This document shows, in pieces, positions 12,701-24,359 of a stretch of 38,424 nt of DNA. The notes under the pieces are model-generated. The model searched no databases. It saw only the letters and a program-made list of their open reading frames with translations, and was not told the DNA's origin. The translations under genes were made by a program, and so were the position numbers. Within the stretch, counting starts at the first letter, position 1. Every line of letters begins with the position of its first letter. Source of the DNA: Paraphysomonas bandaiensis (taxonomy: Eukaryota > Protista > Chrysophyceae); assembly GCA_965644295.1 (NCBI GenBank), contig CBFFRP010000526.1:1-38424 (forward strand). Direction: 5' to 3'.

Positions 12701-15700
12701 AAACAACAACAACAACATCACATGAGCCCTCTTAGCACTGTATATGTATGTATATCACTGTATATGTATGTATAGGGGGGTTACTTACATTGGTTCTTAT
12801 AGTGATATCTGCTCCTTCGCTGATGAGATATTCACATGTATCTCTGTGACCATTAGAGGCAGCCTTGTGAAGAGCTGTAGAACCATCCTATAAAACAACA
12901 ACAATAACATCACATGAGCCCTCTTAGCACTGTATATGTATGTATACCACTGTATATGCATGTATATCACTGTATATGTATGTATAGGGGGGTTACTTAC
13001 AGTGTCTCTTATAGTGATATCTGCTCCTTCGCTGATGAGATATTCACATGTATCTCTGTGACCATAACGAGCAGCATAGTGAAGAGCTGTCCAACCATCC
13101 TATAAAACAATAACAATGACATCACATGAGCCCTCTGAGCACTGTATATGTATGTATATCACTGTATATGTATGTATATCACTGTATATGTATGTATACC
13201 ACTGTATATGCATGTATATCACTGTATATGTATGTATATCACTGTATATGCATGTATATCACAGTATATGTATGTATAGGGGGGTTACTTACAGTGTCTC
13301 CTATAGTGATATCTGCTCCTTCGCTGATGAGATATTCACATGTATCTCTGTGACCTTTACGAGCAGCATAGTGAAGAGCTGTCCAACCATCCTATAAAAC
13401 AATAACAATGACATCACATGAGCCCTCTTAGCACTGTATATATATGTATATCACTGTATATGTATGTATATCACTGTATATGTATGTATATCACTGTATA
13501 TGCATGTATATCACAGTATATGTATGTATAGGGGGGTTACTTACTCTGCCTCCTATAGTGATATCTGCTCCTTTGCTGATGAGGTATTCACATGTATCTC
13601 TGTGACCTCCAGAGGCAGCCAAGAGAAGAGCTGTAGAACCCCTCTATAAACCAACAACAATGACATCACATGAGCCCTCTTAGCACTGTATATGCATGTA
13701 TATCACTGTATATGTATGTATGTATGTATACCACTGTATATGTATGTATAGGGGGGTTACTTACATTGGTTCTTATAGTGATATCTGCTCCTTCGCTGAT
13801 GAGATATTCACATGTATCTCTGTGACCATTAGAGGCAGCCTTGTGAAGAGCTGTAGAACCATCCTATAAAACAACAACAATAACATCACATGAGCCCTCT
13901 TAGCACTGTATATGTATGTATACCACTGTATATGCATGTATATCACTGTATATGTATGTATAGGGGGGTTACTTACAGTGTCTCTTATAGTGATATCTGC
14001 TCCTTCGCTGATGAGATATTCACATGTATCTCTGTGACCATAACGAGCAGCATAGTGAAGAGCTGTCCAACCATCCTATAAAACAATAACAATGACATCA
14101 CATGAGCCCTCTGAGCACTGTATATGTATGTATATCACTGTATATGTATGTATATCACTGTATATGTATGTATACCACTGTATATGCATGTATATCACTG
14201 TATATGTATGTATATCACTGTATATGCATGTATATCACAGTATATGTATGTATAGGGGGGTTACTTACAGTGTCTCCTATAGTGATATCTGCTCCTTCGC
14301 TGATGAGATATTCACATGTATCTCTGTGACCTTTACGAGCAGCATAGTGAAGAGCTGTCCAACCATCCTATAAAACAATAACAATGACATCACATGAGCC
14401 CTCTTAGCACTGTATATGTATGTATATCACTGTATATGTATGTATATCACTGTATATGTATGTATATCACTGTATATGTATGTATATCACTGTATATGTA
14501 TGTATATCACTGTATATGTATGTATAGGGGGGTTACTTACTCTGCCTCCTATAGTGATATCTGCTCCTTCCCTTATGAGATATTCACATGTATCTCTGTG
14601 ACCTCCAGAGGCAGCCAAGTGAAGAGCTGTAGAACCCCTCTATAAACCAACAACAATGACATCACATGAGCCCTCTTAGCACTGTATATGCATGTATATC
14701 ACTGTATATGTATGTATGTATGTATATCACTGTATATGTATGTATAGGGGGGTTACTTACAGTGTCTCTTATAGTGATATCTGCTCCTTCCCTGATGAGA
14801 TATTCACATGTATCTCTGTGACCATTATAGGCAGCATAGTGAAGAGCTGTATAACCCCACTATAAAACAACAACAATAACATCACATGAGCCCTCTTAGC
14901 ACTGTATATGTATGTATATCACTGTATATGTATGTATATCACTGTATATGTATGTATATCACTGTATATGTATGTATATCACTGTATATGTATGTATATC
15001 ACTGTATATGCATGTATATCACTGTATATGTTTGTATAGGGGGGTTACTTACAGTGTCTCTTATAGTGATATCTGCTCCTTTGCTGATGAGATATTCACA
15101 TGTATCTCTGTGACCTTTACGAGCAGCATAGTGAAGAGCTGTCCAACCATCCTATAAAACAATAACAATGACATCACATGAGCCCTCTTAGCACTGTATA
15201 TGTATGTATATCACTGTATATGTATGTATATCACTGTATATGTATGTATATCACTGTATATATATGTATATCACTGTATATATATGTATATCACTGTATA
15301 TGTATGTATATCACTGTATATGTATGTATATCACTGTATATGTATGTATAGGGGGGTTACTTACTCTGCCTCCTATAGTGATATCTGCTCCTTCCCTTAT
15401 GAGATATTCACATGTATCTCTGTGACCTCCAGAGGCAGCCAAGTGAAGAGCTGTAGAACCCCTCTATAAACCAACAACAATGACATCACATGAGCCCTCT
15501 TAGCACTGTATATGCATGTATATCACTGTATATGTATGTATGTATGTATATCACTATATGTATGTATAGGGGGGTTACTTACATTGTTTCTTATAGTGAC
15601 ATCTGCTCCTTTGCTGATGAGATATTCACATGTATCTCTGTGACCTCCAGAGGCAGCCTTGTGAAGAGCTGTCCAACCATCCTATAAAACAATAACAATA

Positions 15701-18700
15701 ACATCACATGAGCCCTCTTAGCACTGTATATGTATGTATATCACTGTATATGCATGTATATCACTGTATATATATGTGTATCACTGTATATGTATGTATA
15801 TCACTGTATATGTATGTATATCACTGTATATGTATGTATATCACTGTATATGTATGTATAGGGGGGTTACTTACAGTGTCTCTTATAGTGATATCTGCTC
15901 CTTCCCTTATGAGATATTCACATGTATCTCTGTGACCTCCAGAGGCAGCCAAGTGAAGAGCTGTAGAACCCCTCTATAAACCAACAACAATGACATCACA
16001 TGAGCCCTCTTAGCACTGTATATGCATGTATATCACTGTATATGTATGTATGTATGTATATCACTGTATATGTATGTATAGGGGGGTTACTTACATTGTT
16101 TCCTATAGTGACATCTGCTCCTTTGCTGATGAGATATTCACATGTATCTCTGTGACCTCCAGAGGCAGCCTTGTGAAGAGCTGTCCAACCATCCTATAAA
16201 ACAACAACAATAACATCACATGAGCCCTCTTAGCACTGTATATGTATGTATATCACTGTATATGTATGTATATCACTGTATATGTATGTATATCACTGTA
16301 TATATATGTATATCACTGTATATGTATGTATATCACTGTATATGTATGTATATCACTGTATATGTATGTATGTATGTATATCACTGTATATGTATGTATA
16401 GGGGGGTTACTTACTCTGCCTCCTATAGTGATATCTGCTCCTTTGCTTATGAGATATTCACATGTATCTCTGTGACCTCCAGAGGCAGCCTTGCGAAGAG
16501 CTGTAGAACCATCCTATAAAACAACAACAACAACATCACATGAGCCCTCTTAGCACTGTATATGTATGTATATCACTGTATATGTATGTATATCACTGTA
16601 TATGTATGTATAGGGGGGTTACTTACAGTGTCTCTTATAGTGATATCTGCTCCTTCGCTGATGAGATATTCACATGTATCTCTGTGACCATAACGAGCAG
16701 CATAGTGAAGAGCTGTCCAACCATCCTATAAAACAATAACAATGACATCACATGAGCCCTCTGAGCACTGTATATGTATGTATATCACTGTATATGTATG
16801 TATATCACTGTATATGTATGTATACCACTGTATATGCATGTATATCACTGTATATGTATGTATATCACTGTATATGCATGTATATCACAGTATATGTATG
16901 TATAGGGGGGTTACTTACAGTGTCTCCTATAGTGATATCTGCTCCTTCGCTGATGAGATATTCACATGTATCTCTGTGACCATAACGAGCAGCATAGTGA
17001 AGAGCTGTCCAACCATCCTATAAAACAATAACAATGACATCACATGAGCCCTCTTAGCACTGTATATGTATGTATATCACTGTATATGTATGTATATCAC
17101 TGTATATGTATGTATATCACTGTATATGTATGTATATCACTGTATATGTATGTATAGGGGGGTTACTTACTCTGCCTCCTATAGTGATATCTGCTCCTTC
17201 CCTTATGAGATATTCACATGTATCTCTGTGACCTCCAGAGGCAGCCAAGTGAAGAGCTGTAGAACCCCTCTATAAACCAACAACAATGACATCACATGAG
17301 CCCTCTTAGCACTGTATATGCATGTATATCACTGTATATGTATGTATGTATGTATATCACTGTATATGTATGTATAGGGGGGTTACTTACATTGTTTCTT
17401 ATAGTGACATCTGCTCCTTTGCTGATGAGATATTCACATGTATCTCTGTGACCTCCAGAGGCAGCCTTGTGAAGAGCTGTCCAACCATCCTATAAAACAA
17501 CAACAATAACATCACATGAGCCCTCTTAGCACTGTATATGTATGTATATCACTGTATATGTATGTATATCACTGTATATGTATGTATATCACTGTATATG
17601 TATGTATATCACTGTATATGTATGTATATCACTGTATATGCATGTATATCACTGTATATGTTTGTATAGGGGGGTTACTTACAGTGTCTCTTATAGTGAT
17701 ATCTGCTCCTTTGCTGATGAGATATTCACATGTATCTCTGTGACCTTTACGAGCAGCATAGTGAAGAGCTGTCCAACCATCCTATAAAACAATAACAATG
17801 ACATCACATGAGCCCTCTTAGCACTGTATATGTATGTATATCACTGTATATGTATGTATATCACTGTATATGTATGTATATCACTGTATATATATGTATA
17901 TCACTGTATATGTATGTATATCACTGTATATGTATGTATATCACTGTATATGTATGTATATCACTGTATATGTATGTATAGGGGGGTTACTTACTCTGCC
18001 TCCTATAGTGATATCTGCTCCTTCCCTTATGAGATATTCACATGTATCTCTGTGACCTCCAGAGGCAGCCAAGTGAAGAGCTGTAGAACCCCTCTATAAA
18101 CCAACAACAATGACATCACATGAGCCCTCTTAGCACTGTATATGCATGTATATCACTGTATATGTATGTATGTATGTATATCACTATATGTATGTATAGG
18201 GGGGTTACTTACATTGTTTCTTATAGTGACATCTGCTCCTTTGCTGATGAGATATTCACATGTATCTCTGTGACCTCCAGAGGCAGCCTTGTGAAGAGCT
18301 GTCCAACCATCCTATAAAACAATAACAATAACATCACATGAGCCCTCTTAGCACTGTATATGTATGTATATCACTGTATATGCATGTATATCACTGTATA
18401 TGTATGTATATCACTGTATATGTATGTATATCACTGTATATATATGTGTATCACTGTATATGTATGTATATCACTGTATATGTATGTATATCACTGTATA
18501 TGTATGTATATCACTGTATATGTATGTATAGAGGGGTTACTTACATTGGTTCTTATAGTGATATCTGCTCCTTCCCTTATGAGATATTCACATGTATCTC
18601 TGTGACCTCCAGAGGCAGCCAAGTGAAGAGCTGTAGAACCCCTCTATAAACCAACAACAATGACATCACATGAGCCCTCTTAGCACTGTATATGCATGTA

Positions 18701-21190
18701 TATCACTGTATATGTATGTATGTATGTATATCACTGTATATGTATGTATAGGGGGGTTACTTACATTGTTTCCTATAGTGACATCTGCTCCTTTGCTGAT
18801 GAGATATTCACATGTATCTCTGTGACCTCCAGAGGCAGCCTTGTGAAGAGCTGTCCAACCATCCTATAAAACAACAACAATAACATCACATGAGCCCTCT
18901 TAGCACTGTATATGTTTATATATCACTGTATATGTATGTATATCACTGTATATGTATGTATATCACTGTATATATATGTATATCACTGTATATGTATGTA
19001 TATCACTGTATATGTATGTATATCACTGTATATGTATGTATGTATGTATATCACTGTATATGTATGTATAGGGGGGTTACTTACTCTGCCTCCTATAGTG
19101 ATATCTGCTCCTTCCCTTATGAGATATTCACATGTATCTCTGTGATCTCCAGAGGCAGCCAAGTGAAGAGCTGTAGAACCCCTCTATAAACCAACAACAA
19201 TAACATCACATGAGCCCTCTTAGCACTGTATATGCATGTATATCACTGTATATGTATGTATGTATGTATGTATATCACTGTATATGTATGTATAGGGGGG
19301 TTACTTACATTGTTTCTTATAGTGACATCTGCTCCTTTGCTGATGAGATATTCACATGTATCTCTGTGACCTCCAGAGGCAGCCTTGTGAAGAGCTGTCC
19401 AACCATCCTATAAAACAACAACAATAACATCACATGAGCCCTCTTAGCACTGTATATGCATGTATATCACTGTATATGTATGTATATCACTGTATATGTA
19501 TGTATATCACTGTATATATATGTATATCACTGTATATGTATGTATATCACTGTATATGTATGTATATCACTGTATATGTATGTATATCACTGTATATGTA
19601 TGTATAGGGGGTTACTTACTCTGCCTCCTATAGTGATATCTGCTCCTTCCCTTATGAGATATTCACATGTATCTCTGTGACCTCCAGAGGCAGCCAAGTG
19701 AAGAGCTGTAGAACCCCTCTATAAACCAACAACAATGACATCACATGAGCCCTCTTAGCACTGTATATGCATGTATATCACTGTATATGTATGTATGTAT
19801 GTATATCACTGTATATGTATGTATAGGGGGGTTACTTACATTGTTTCTTATAGTGACATCTGCTCCTTTGCTGATGAGATATTCACATGTATCTCTGTGA
19901 CCTCCAGAGGCAGCCTTGTGAAGAGCTGTCCAACCATCCTATAAAACAACAACAATAACATCACATGAGCCCTCTTAGCACTGTATATGCATGTATATCA
20001 CTGTATATGTATGTATATCACTGTATATGTATGTATATCACTGTATATATATGTATATCACTGTATATGTATGTATATCACTGTATATGTATGTATATCA
20101 CTGTATATGTATGTATATCACTGTATATGTATGTATAGGGGGGTTACTTACTCTGCCTCCTATAGTGATATCTGCTCCTTCCCTTATGAGATATTCACAT
20201 GTATCTCTGTGACCTCCAGAGGCAGCCAAGTGAAGAGCTGTAGAACCCCTCTATAAACCAACAACAATAACATCACATGAGCCCTCTTAGCACTGTATAT
20301 GCATGTATATCACTGTATATGTATGTATGTATGTATATCACTGTATATGTATGTATAGGGGGGTTACTTACATTGTTTCTTATAGTGACATCTGCTCCTT
20401 TGCTGATGAGATATTCACATGTATCTCTGTGACCTCCAGAGGCAGCCTTGTGAAGAGCTGTCCAACCATCCTATAAAACAACAACAATAACATCACATGA
20501 GCCCTCTTAGCACTGTATATGTATGTATATCACTGTATATGTATGTATATCACTGTATATGTATGTATATCACTGTATATATATGTATATCACTGTATAT
20601 GTATGTATATCACTGTATATGTATGTATGCATGTATATCACTGTATATGCACGTATAGGGGGGTTACTTACATTGGTTCTTATAGTGATATCTGCTCCTT
20701 CCCTTACGAGATATTCACATGTATCTCTGTGACCTTCAGAGGCAGCCAAGTGAAGAGCTGTAGAACCCCTCTATAAACCAACAACAATGACATCACATGA
20801 GCCCTCTTAGCACTGTATATGCATGTATATCACTGTATATGTATGTATGTATGTATATCACTGTATATGCATGTATAGGGGGGTTACTTACATTGTTTCT
20901 TATAGTGATATCTGCTCCTTTGCTGATGAGATATTCACATGTATCTCTGTGACCTCCAGAGGCAGCATAGTGAAGAGCTGTAGAACCATCCTATAAAACA
21001 ACAACAATAACATCACATGAGCCCTCTTAGCACTGTATATGTATGTATGTATGTATGTATATCACTGTATATGTATGTATATCACTGTATATGTATGTAT
21101 ATCACTGTATATGTATGTATATCACTGTATATGTATGTATATGTATGTATATCACTGTATATGTATGTATATCACTGTATATGTATGTAT
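1736..21190. repeat. Intronic 20-bp minisatellite (CATACATATACAGTGATATA)n in the array introns
   Basis: Directly visible. Copy number ranges from <1 (12344-12370) to ~22 (6998-7424) and explains nearly all intron length variation. Confidence 0.95.
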
Positions 21191-21349
21191 AGGGGGGTTA
21201 CTTACATCGTCTCTTATAGTGATATCTGCTCCTTCGCTGATGAGATATTCACATGTATCTCTGTGACCATTATAGGCAGCATAGTGAAGAGCTGTAGAAC
21301 CATCCTATAAAACAATAACAATGACATCACATGAGCCCTCTTAGCACTG

Positions 21350-21381
<32 letters not shown>

Positions 21382-22059
21382 TGTATGCATGTATGTGTGT
21401 ATGTATGTATGTATGTACGTATGTATGTATGTATGTATGTATGTACGTATGTATGTATGTATATATGTATGTATGTATGTATGTACGTATGTATGTATGT
21501 ATGTATGTATGTATGTATGTATGTATGTATGTATGTATGCATGTATGTGTGTATGTATGTATGTATGTATGTACGTATGTATGTATGTATGTATGTATGT
21601 ATGTATGTATGTACGTATGTATGTATGTATGTATGTACGTATGTATGTATGTATGTATGTATGTATGTGTGTATGTCTGTATGTATGTATGTAGGTATGT
21701 ATGTATGTATGTATGTATGTACGCATGTATGTATGTATGTATGTATGTATGTATGTATGTATGTATGTGTGTATGTATGTATGTATGTATATATGTATGT
21801 ATGTATGTATGTATGAATGTATGTATGTATGTATGTATGTATGTGTGTATGTCTGTATGTATGTATGTAGGTATGTATGTATGTATGTATGTATGTATGT
21901 ACGCATGTATGTATGTATGTATGTATGTATGTATGTATGTATGTGTGTATGTATGTAGGTATGTATGTATGTATGTATGTATGTACGCATGTATGTATGT
22001 ATGTATGTATGTATGTATGTATGTATGTATGTATGTATGTGTGTATGTATGTATGTATG

Positions 22060-22093
<34 letters not shown>

Positions 22094-22135
22094 TGTATGT
22101 ATGTATGTATGTATGTGTGTATGTATGTATGTATG

Positions 22136-22169
<34 letters not shown>

Positions 22170-22275
22170 TGTATGTATGTACCTTATCTTGTGTATTGAT
22201 ATTATCGCCCCTCTCAACGCATCTCTTCACACCACTCCAATCACCCTCAGAAGCAGCTGTAGTAATATCATCCAT
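9685..22275 (-). CDS. Multi-exon ankyrin-repeat protein: N-cap exon + 45 single-repeat 99-bp exons + truncated terminal exon (~1550 aa if all exons are included)
   Basis: First exon 22275-22183 (MDDITTAASEGDWSGVKRCVERGDNINTQDK|gt). Then 45 exons, each flanked by ...tttatag| and |gtaagtaacccc, 99 nt, phase 0, from 21304-21206 (DGSTALHYAAYNGHRDTCEYLISEGADITIRDD) to 9993-9895. All match the ankyrin consensus G-x-T-A-L-H-x-A-A-x-x-G-H...L-I-x-x-G-A-D. The last acceptor opens a half exon at 9801 that reads through the inversion junction to TAG at 9687-9685. The 3' end and the exon inclusion pattern are uncertain. Confidence 0.85.
9752..21346 (-). repeat. Right arm of ankyrin exon-intron cassette array (45 complete exons + 1 truncated, 9801-9752)
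   Basis: Tandem units of ~170-350 bp, each acceptor + 99-bp ankyrin exon + donor + 20-bp minisatellite, all on the - strand. No stop or indel seen in any complete exon. Confidence 0.95.
21348..22180. repeat. (TATG)n/(CATA)n microsatellite of ~830 bp filling intron 1 of the ankyrin gene
   Basis: Tetranucleotide run with scattered variants (tacg, catg, tgtg, tagg). It begins at the exon-1 donor and ends at the standard array acceptor block. Confidence 0.97.
22183..22275 (-). CDS. First coding exon, ankyrin N-terminal capping repeat
   Basis: ATG at 22275; 31 codons with AAxxGD...V...VERGDNIN, typical of an ankyrin N-cap; GT donor at 22182-22181 in phase 0, matching all downstream exons. A probable upstream intron 22385-22276 (gtatct...tataag) could add Met-Lys from ATG 22391. 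Confidence 0.85.
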
Positions 22276-23658
22276 CTTATATATATGTATATAGAAGACA
22301 AGAGAAGTGAAGTGAATATAAGCAACAATGTGATCCTACTATACACACATCCACGCCACATCACACCATCAGCACAATAAGATACCTTCATATCTTGAAG
22401 AGACACTCTATTTTTCAGTTGGTGATCAAACACACTCTCAGCTTTGTTTCATTATCATTCTCGTGACCGTCACTTTGATCTCTCATCAGTTCAGTGTTGC
22501 GTTAAGTTGCAAGTGAGTGTCTTCATCTTTTCAACCATCTGTCGCTGTCGTCCATCAGGATGCGCTTGTGATCATGGTTTGTCTGAGTGTGTCTGCTCAC
22601 AGTGATGCTGATGGAGGGATGATGCTGGTAGACTAATTCAGAGGTGCTGAGCACGAATCTATCGTCATATTATTGTATTTCATTGAGTATCAACAGCCAT
22701 AGACAGCATGATGACATCGTATCACTCAACTCACATGCATGCATTAGCTGCAGTATGAACCCAACCTGACGACACATGCATGTGTGTTACGTACTGACAA
22801 CACTCTGATTGGTTATACGTGTGTATTATTCAACTGTAGTCTACGATATCAGTGTCTATGAGTGATGTCTATGAGTGAGATCAAACCACAAGTCGTACAC
22901 TTCACAATCAGAATGAGATGAGAGAAAATCTGATGACACATAATGGAGGCACAACCTCAGCGATCTCGTTCCTCTATTTTCAATATTTCAAGAGCGTTGT
23001 GGAGGCTCACTTCGAAGAACTAATCAGTGTCAAAGAGAACGATCTTCGATTACGAATCAGTGAGCCGTATGTGCCAAGTATCCTACCAGCAATCTAACAC
23101 GCTTGAAGAAGTTTGGGTTATCTTAGTGTTGTGAGTTTTGAGATGAGTGTGAATAGATGTGTTTCTGGGCGGGGATATTTATCATGATTTATTCCTTTTT
23201 GCTTAGCAATAGTGGAACATGGTGGTGCTGAGCAAGATGGCTATCAAGTTGAGAGTGATATGTGATACCAGGTGTATGCAATGCGTATTATCACGGGATG
23301 GTAAGAACATAATATTTCAATACTATTGTTAGGTAGTGTTCCATTGATAATATTAATGGAGTTTTTGAAACCGCCCTAACAATAGCATTGCAATACAGTA
23401 GTATCATTAATCAGTAAGTAAACACACCCGTAGATTTTATTTTTAGTATCAGTCATTGAGATCACAAGATAGCCAAACCCACTACGCTGACCAGTGACCA
23501 GCAAAGAGTAGCTACTGCTTAGCTAATCACTATTTTGTTCAAAATCACCCACTGAGCCATCATCGGCCACCATACTCATTCAAAATTAATTGAAATATGC
23601 ATGTATCCGATCACTACTGTCAGAAACAACAGCATATGTGTTGGAGTACGCAATGAAG

Positions 23659-24359
23659 CAGGGCCTGGTAACCATTAATGGTAGTCCAGTTCCCGGCAAT
23701 TATAATGGCATTAATGAAAAAAGTCCCGGCAATTATAATATCTAACTTAAAGTAGATAACACCACTCATATAATAGATAGTGTTGTGCTCCCTTAATTAC
23801 TAATTTTTAGTTAAATAGCAGACTACAAATTTTAACTACTTCTCGCTCTCTACTGGCACATCAGGATCTTCTTGCAGGGCTTTATGGAGGGTATAAACAT
23901 CTCACAACATGTAATTGGCTCGTAGGAATAGCAACGATTCTAGACGATATGGATTCACGTTTCTACGCTCAGGTGTCATAATCAACTTTGCACGACTAAA
24001 GAGCCTCTCAACAACATTAGATTATGCTTCAATATGAAGCAAGCAGCGGTAGTTGGACTCATAGGTACCAAGTCGAGCTCTCATGGTGACCTCAGCGCTG
24101 TCTAGAACACGCTGTGCAAAATCAGTTCCTTCACTCTCGTCCTCGTTATTTCTGTCGGGTACACCAACCTCCATGGACGAATCCAGTTGCAAATGTCTAA
24201 TTTTTATTTCTATGAAGTATGTCACTATGATATGTAGTGATAATATAGGATGACTTCCACAAAGTGCGTCATAAAATTAAAAAAATGGATGGATAATGCA
24301 TAAAATACTCCAACTGTGACTTCCACAACTGTCATATAGTTATTAGTGACCAGGGCCTG
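23659..24359 (-). mobile_element. Non-autonomous hAT-family DNA transposon (internal deletion derivative)
   Basis: Imperfect terminal inverted repeats: CAGGGCCTGGTAACCATTAAT at 23659 vs reverse complement of the right end CAGGCCCTGGTCACTAATAAC (16/21). Subterminal direct repeats (tcccggcaattataat at 23691 and 23724; tgacttccacaa at 24251 and 24317). Contains a transposase remnant. No 8-bp target-site duplication is recognisable. Confidence 0.7.
23836..24225 (-). pseudogene. hAT transposase C-terminal dimerisation-domain remnant
   Basis: Reading through the stop of ORF 24022..24225 gives YRCLLHIEA*SNVVERLFSRAKLIMTPERRNVNPYRLESLLFLRANYML*DVYTLHK. This contains the S-x-x-x-E-R-x-F-S motif characteristic of the hAT dimerisation domain, with two in-frame stops. 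Confidence 0.8.

Noticed and set aside
1585-17900. Pure fold-back read chimera as explanation of the inverted arms
   Set aside because: The arms are not mirror-identical: exon order, intron lengths and private alleles differ, and the left arm has its own unique flank. Misjoined haplotypes still need excluding with reads.
1624-21304. Diversity-generating retroelement-type mutagenesis
   Set aside because: Variation is not adenine-specific, consists of recurring discrete alleles, and no reverse transcriptase or template repeat is present.
2032-21310. Dozens of ORFs such as MYVYHCICMYITVYVCISL...RGVTYSVSYSDICSFADEIFTCISVT
   Set aside because: They are antisense translations of the stop-poor intronic minisatellite and ankyrin exons; the real coding frame is on the opposite strand between AG/GT sites.
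1585-21346. CRISPR-like repeat/spacer array
   Set aside because: The constant parts are splice-site-bounded coding exons and the variable parts are minisatellite copies, not unique spacers; eukaryotic context and no cas genes.
21214-22380. Long HTYI/MYVC ORFs (up to 353 aa)
   Set aside because: Translation of the (CATA)n microsatellite; only the first 31 codons of 21214..22275 are a credible exon, ending at a GT donor.
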